A program made the translations under genes and the position numbers. This document shows positions 62,774 through 64,000 of a stretch of DNA of 64,000 bases, piece after piece. The DNA comes from Prochlorococcus sp. AG-347-K15. Lineage in GTDB: Bacteria > Cyanobacteriota > Cyanobacteriia > PCC-6307 > Cyanobiaceae. The DNA lies in the NCBI GenBank assembly GCA_003281415.1, contig QCCC01000003.1, forward strand, positions 21,182-85,181, given 5' to 3'. A model generated the notes under the pieces. It did no database searches and had not been told where the DNA came from. It saw nothing but the letters and a program-made list of their open reading frames with translations. Position 1 is the stretch's first letter. Each line of letters starts with the position of its first letter.

Positions 62774-64000
62774 CTATGTATTTGGAAATATTATCCTAAT
62801 TAACATTTTAAATTCTCTACCATGCATAATCATTAGACCTTTCTTTACACTCCATGGTGCCTTTATAAACATTATGCACATCGCATATACAATCTCTCTT
62901 AAAGATAAAGTATCAGTGAGAAAGCCATACCATTGATTTTTAGGTAGTTGGAAAAAACTGCCAAAAAATTCTCTCAATAGTTTTTCATCAAATCTCATGA
63001 GTTTTTCTAATCCAAATTGGTAAAGTGATTTCTTCCTAATTAATTCTTTTGACCACAAAGCTTCCCAACCTTTTCTAGCAATATGATAGGTACTAAGATT
63101 TTTGTTTTTAATTGCCTCTGATACTGCTTTTGCAACAAGTGGAGCTCTTCTTAAAACATTACCAATTAAGTATCCAGATGCAGGATGCACCATTGAAGCA
63201 GCGCCACCATATCCAAGTATTTGTTGCTTGAAATCTGGTATTGGCATATTCATTGGTAGAAACAAACCAAGCTCTTCGTGTTGCATGCTTGTAATAGATA
63301 TATCTCGATAAGATAACCTCTTCTCCAGTCTCTCTTTTAAATCTTCCATTGTTAGAGGATTTACTAAACCAAGTGATGTTTCTTCTAGAAAATATTTCCC
63401 ATTCCCCATATCCATTGCATAAAGGAAAGTGGGCGGTTCTTTTTTTTGATCTTCATTAAGATGGTCATTTCTATAGTCCATTAATACAAACTGCCCTTTT
63501 TTAAGCGGAGGTTTACTAAAGTTACCTACTATTCCGTAACAAGTTTGGACTGCTAGAGGGCCACATGATTTTAATTTTAGAAAAATAGGGTCATATCCTG
63601 TTGCATCTACTACTAATCTTGCAGAGTAAGTCTTGCCATCATTTGTAGTTACTGTAGTTTTATATTTTTCAAAAAGTATTTTGTCTGCAAAGCCTTGATG
63701 CCATTTAATAAAAGACTTATTACATTCATTTAGCCAAAAATTGTGGAGTTTCTTCTTATCAAATAATCCATAATCTAGTGAATGTTCCGTGGCCTTATTC
63801 TCGTCGTCCTGTTCTTCTAAAGCGCCATGCCCAAAAAAACTTACAGTATTCTTCCATCTATATTCAAGCAAATCCTGAAGCCCAAGTTGATCAACTTCTT
63901 TCCCCCAAATACCATAAGTATTTGGCCAAGGTTCATCTGGTCCATTTGGAGAAAGGACTTCAACATCTAATTTTTCTTTTCCTAAAGCTGATGCAATTGC
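62774..64000 (-). CDS. crtL: CrtL-type lycopene cyclase (probably the epsilon-cyclase paralog), 5' end outside the window
   Basis: Frame is open to the window edge (hand-translated AIASALGKEKLDVEV..WPNTYGIW); FVLMDYR, PTFLYAM, FLEETSL, VHPASGY. The epsilon call rests on recalled synteny near pcb. Confidence 0.88.
   Translation of the reverse strand, partial: AIASALGKEKLDVEVLSPNGPDEPWPNTYGIWGKEVDQLGLQDLLEYRWKNTVSFFGHGALEEQDDENKATEHSLDYGLFDKKKLHNFWLNECNKSFIKWHQGFADKILFEKYKTTVTTNDGKTYSARLVVDATGYDPIFLKLKSCGPLAVQTCYGIVGNFSKPPLKKGQFVLMDYRNDHLNEDQKKEPPTFLYAMDMGNGKYFLEETSLGLVNPLTMEDLKERLEKRLSYRDISITSMQHEELGLFLPMNMPIPDFKQQILGYGGAASMVHPASGYLIGNVLRRAPLVAKAVSEAIKNKNLSTYHIARKGWEALWSKELIRKKSLYQFGLEKLMRFDEKLLREFFGSFFQLPKNQWYGFLTDTLSLREIVYAMCIMFIKAPWSVKKGLMIMHGREFKMLIRIIFPNT

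Noticed and set aside
63869-63871. Track start (TTG) for the lycopene cyclase, suggesting a truncated gene
   Set aside because: The frame stays open to 64000 with the conserved WPNTYGIW motif. The gene is cut by the window edge and is not a pseudogene.
1-64000. tRNA, rRNA, CRISPR array, integrase, transposase or prophage
   Set aside because: On reading I saw no cloverleaf/T-loop signature, repeat-spacer array or recombinase motifs, and the intergenic spaces are too short for most such elements. No covariance-model search was run.

Overview
AT-rich, densely packed chromosome segment of a marine picocyanobacterium, almost certainly high-light Prochlorococcus: a Pcb chlorophyll a/b antenna gene, plastocyanin, cyAbrB, a CrtL lycopene cyclase and very short or overlapping intergenic spacers. 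About 64 CDSs run from a partial DUF3007 gene and trpA through clpB, petE, hemE, glgB, proA, thrB-glk-thrS-trpS, mntCAB, menDB, glgA, murF/glmU, aroA, acs, hisS and pcb to a partial crtL. From memory, not checked by alignment, the gene order matches the core region of MED4-like genomes. I found no tRNA, rRNA, integrase, transposase, CRISPR array or clear pseudogene, so I cannot claim a new multi-gene system. Best leads: (i) a Cys-rich group 2 sigma factor, YkvA and HTH cassette with a candidate NtcA box and TTAATTAA-rich flanks next to cyAbrB; (ii) a Gly-pentad repeat protein with a Cys/His C-terminal domain; (iii) a membrane-anchored, apparently degenerate GIY-YIG protein; (iv) a ribbon-helix-helix-like protein leading the trpS-thrS operon; (v) an unlisted 58-aa ORF and RpaB-like sites upstream of pcb. 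All family assignments come from reading motifs; no database searches were run.
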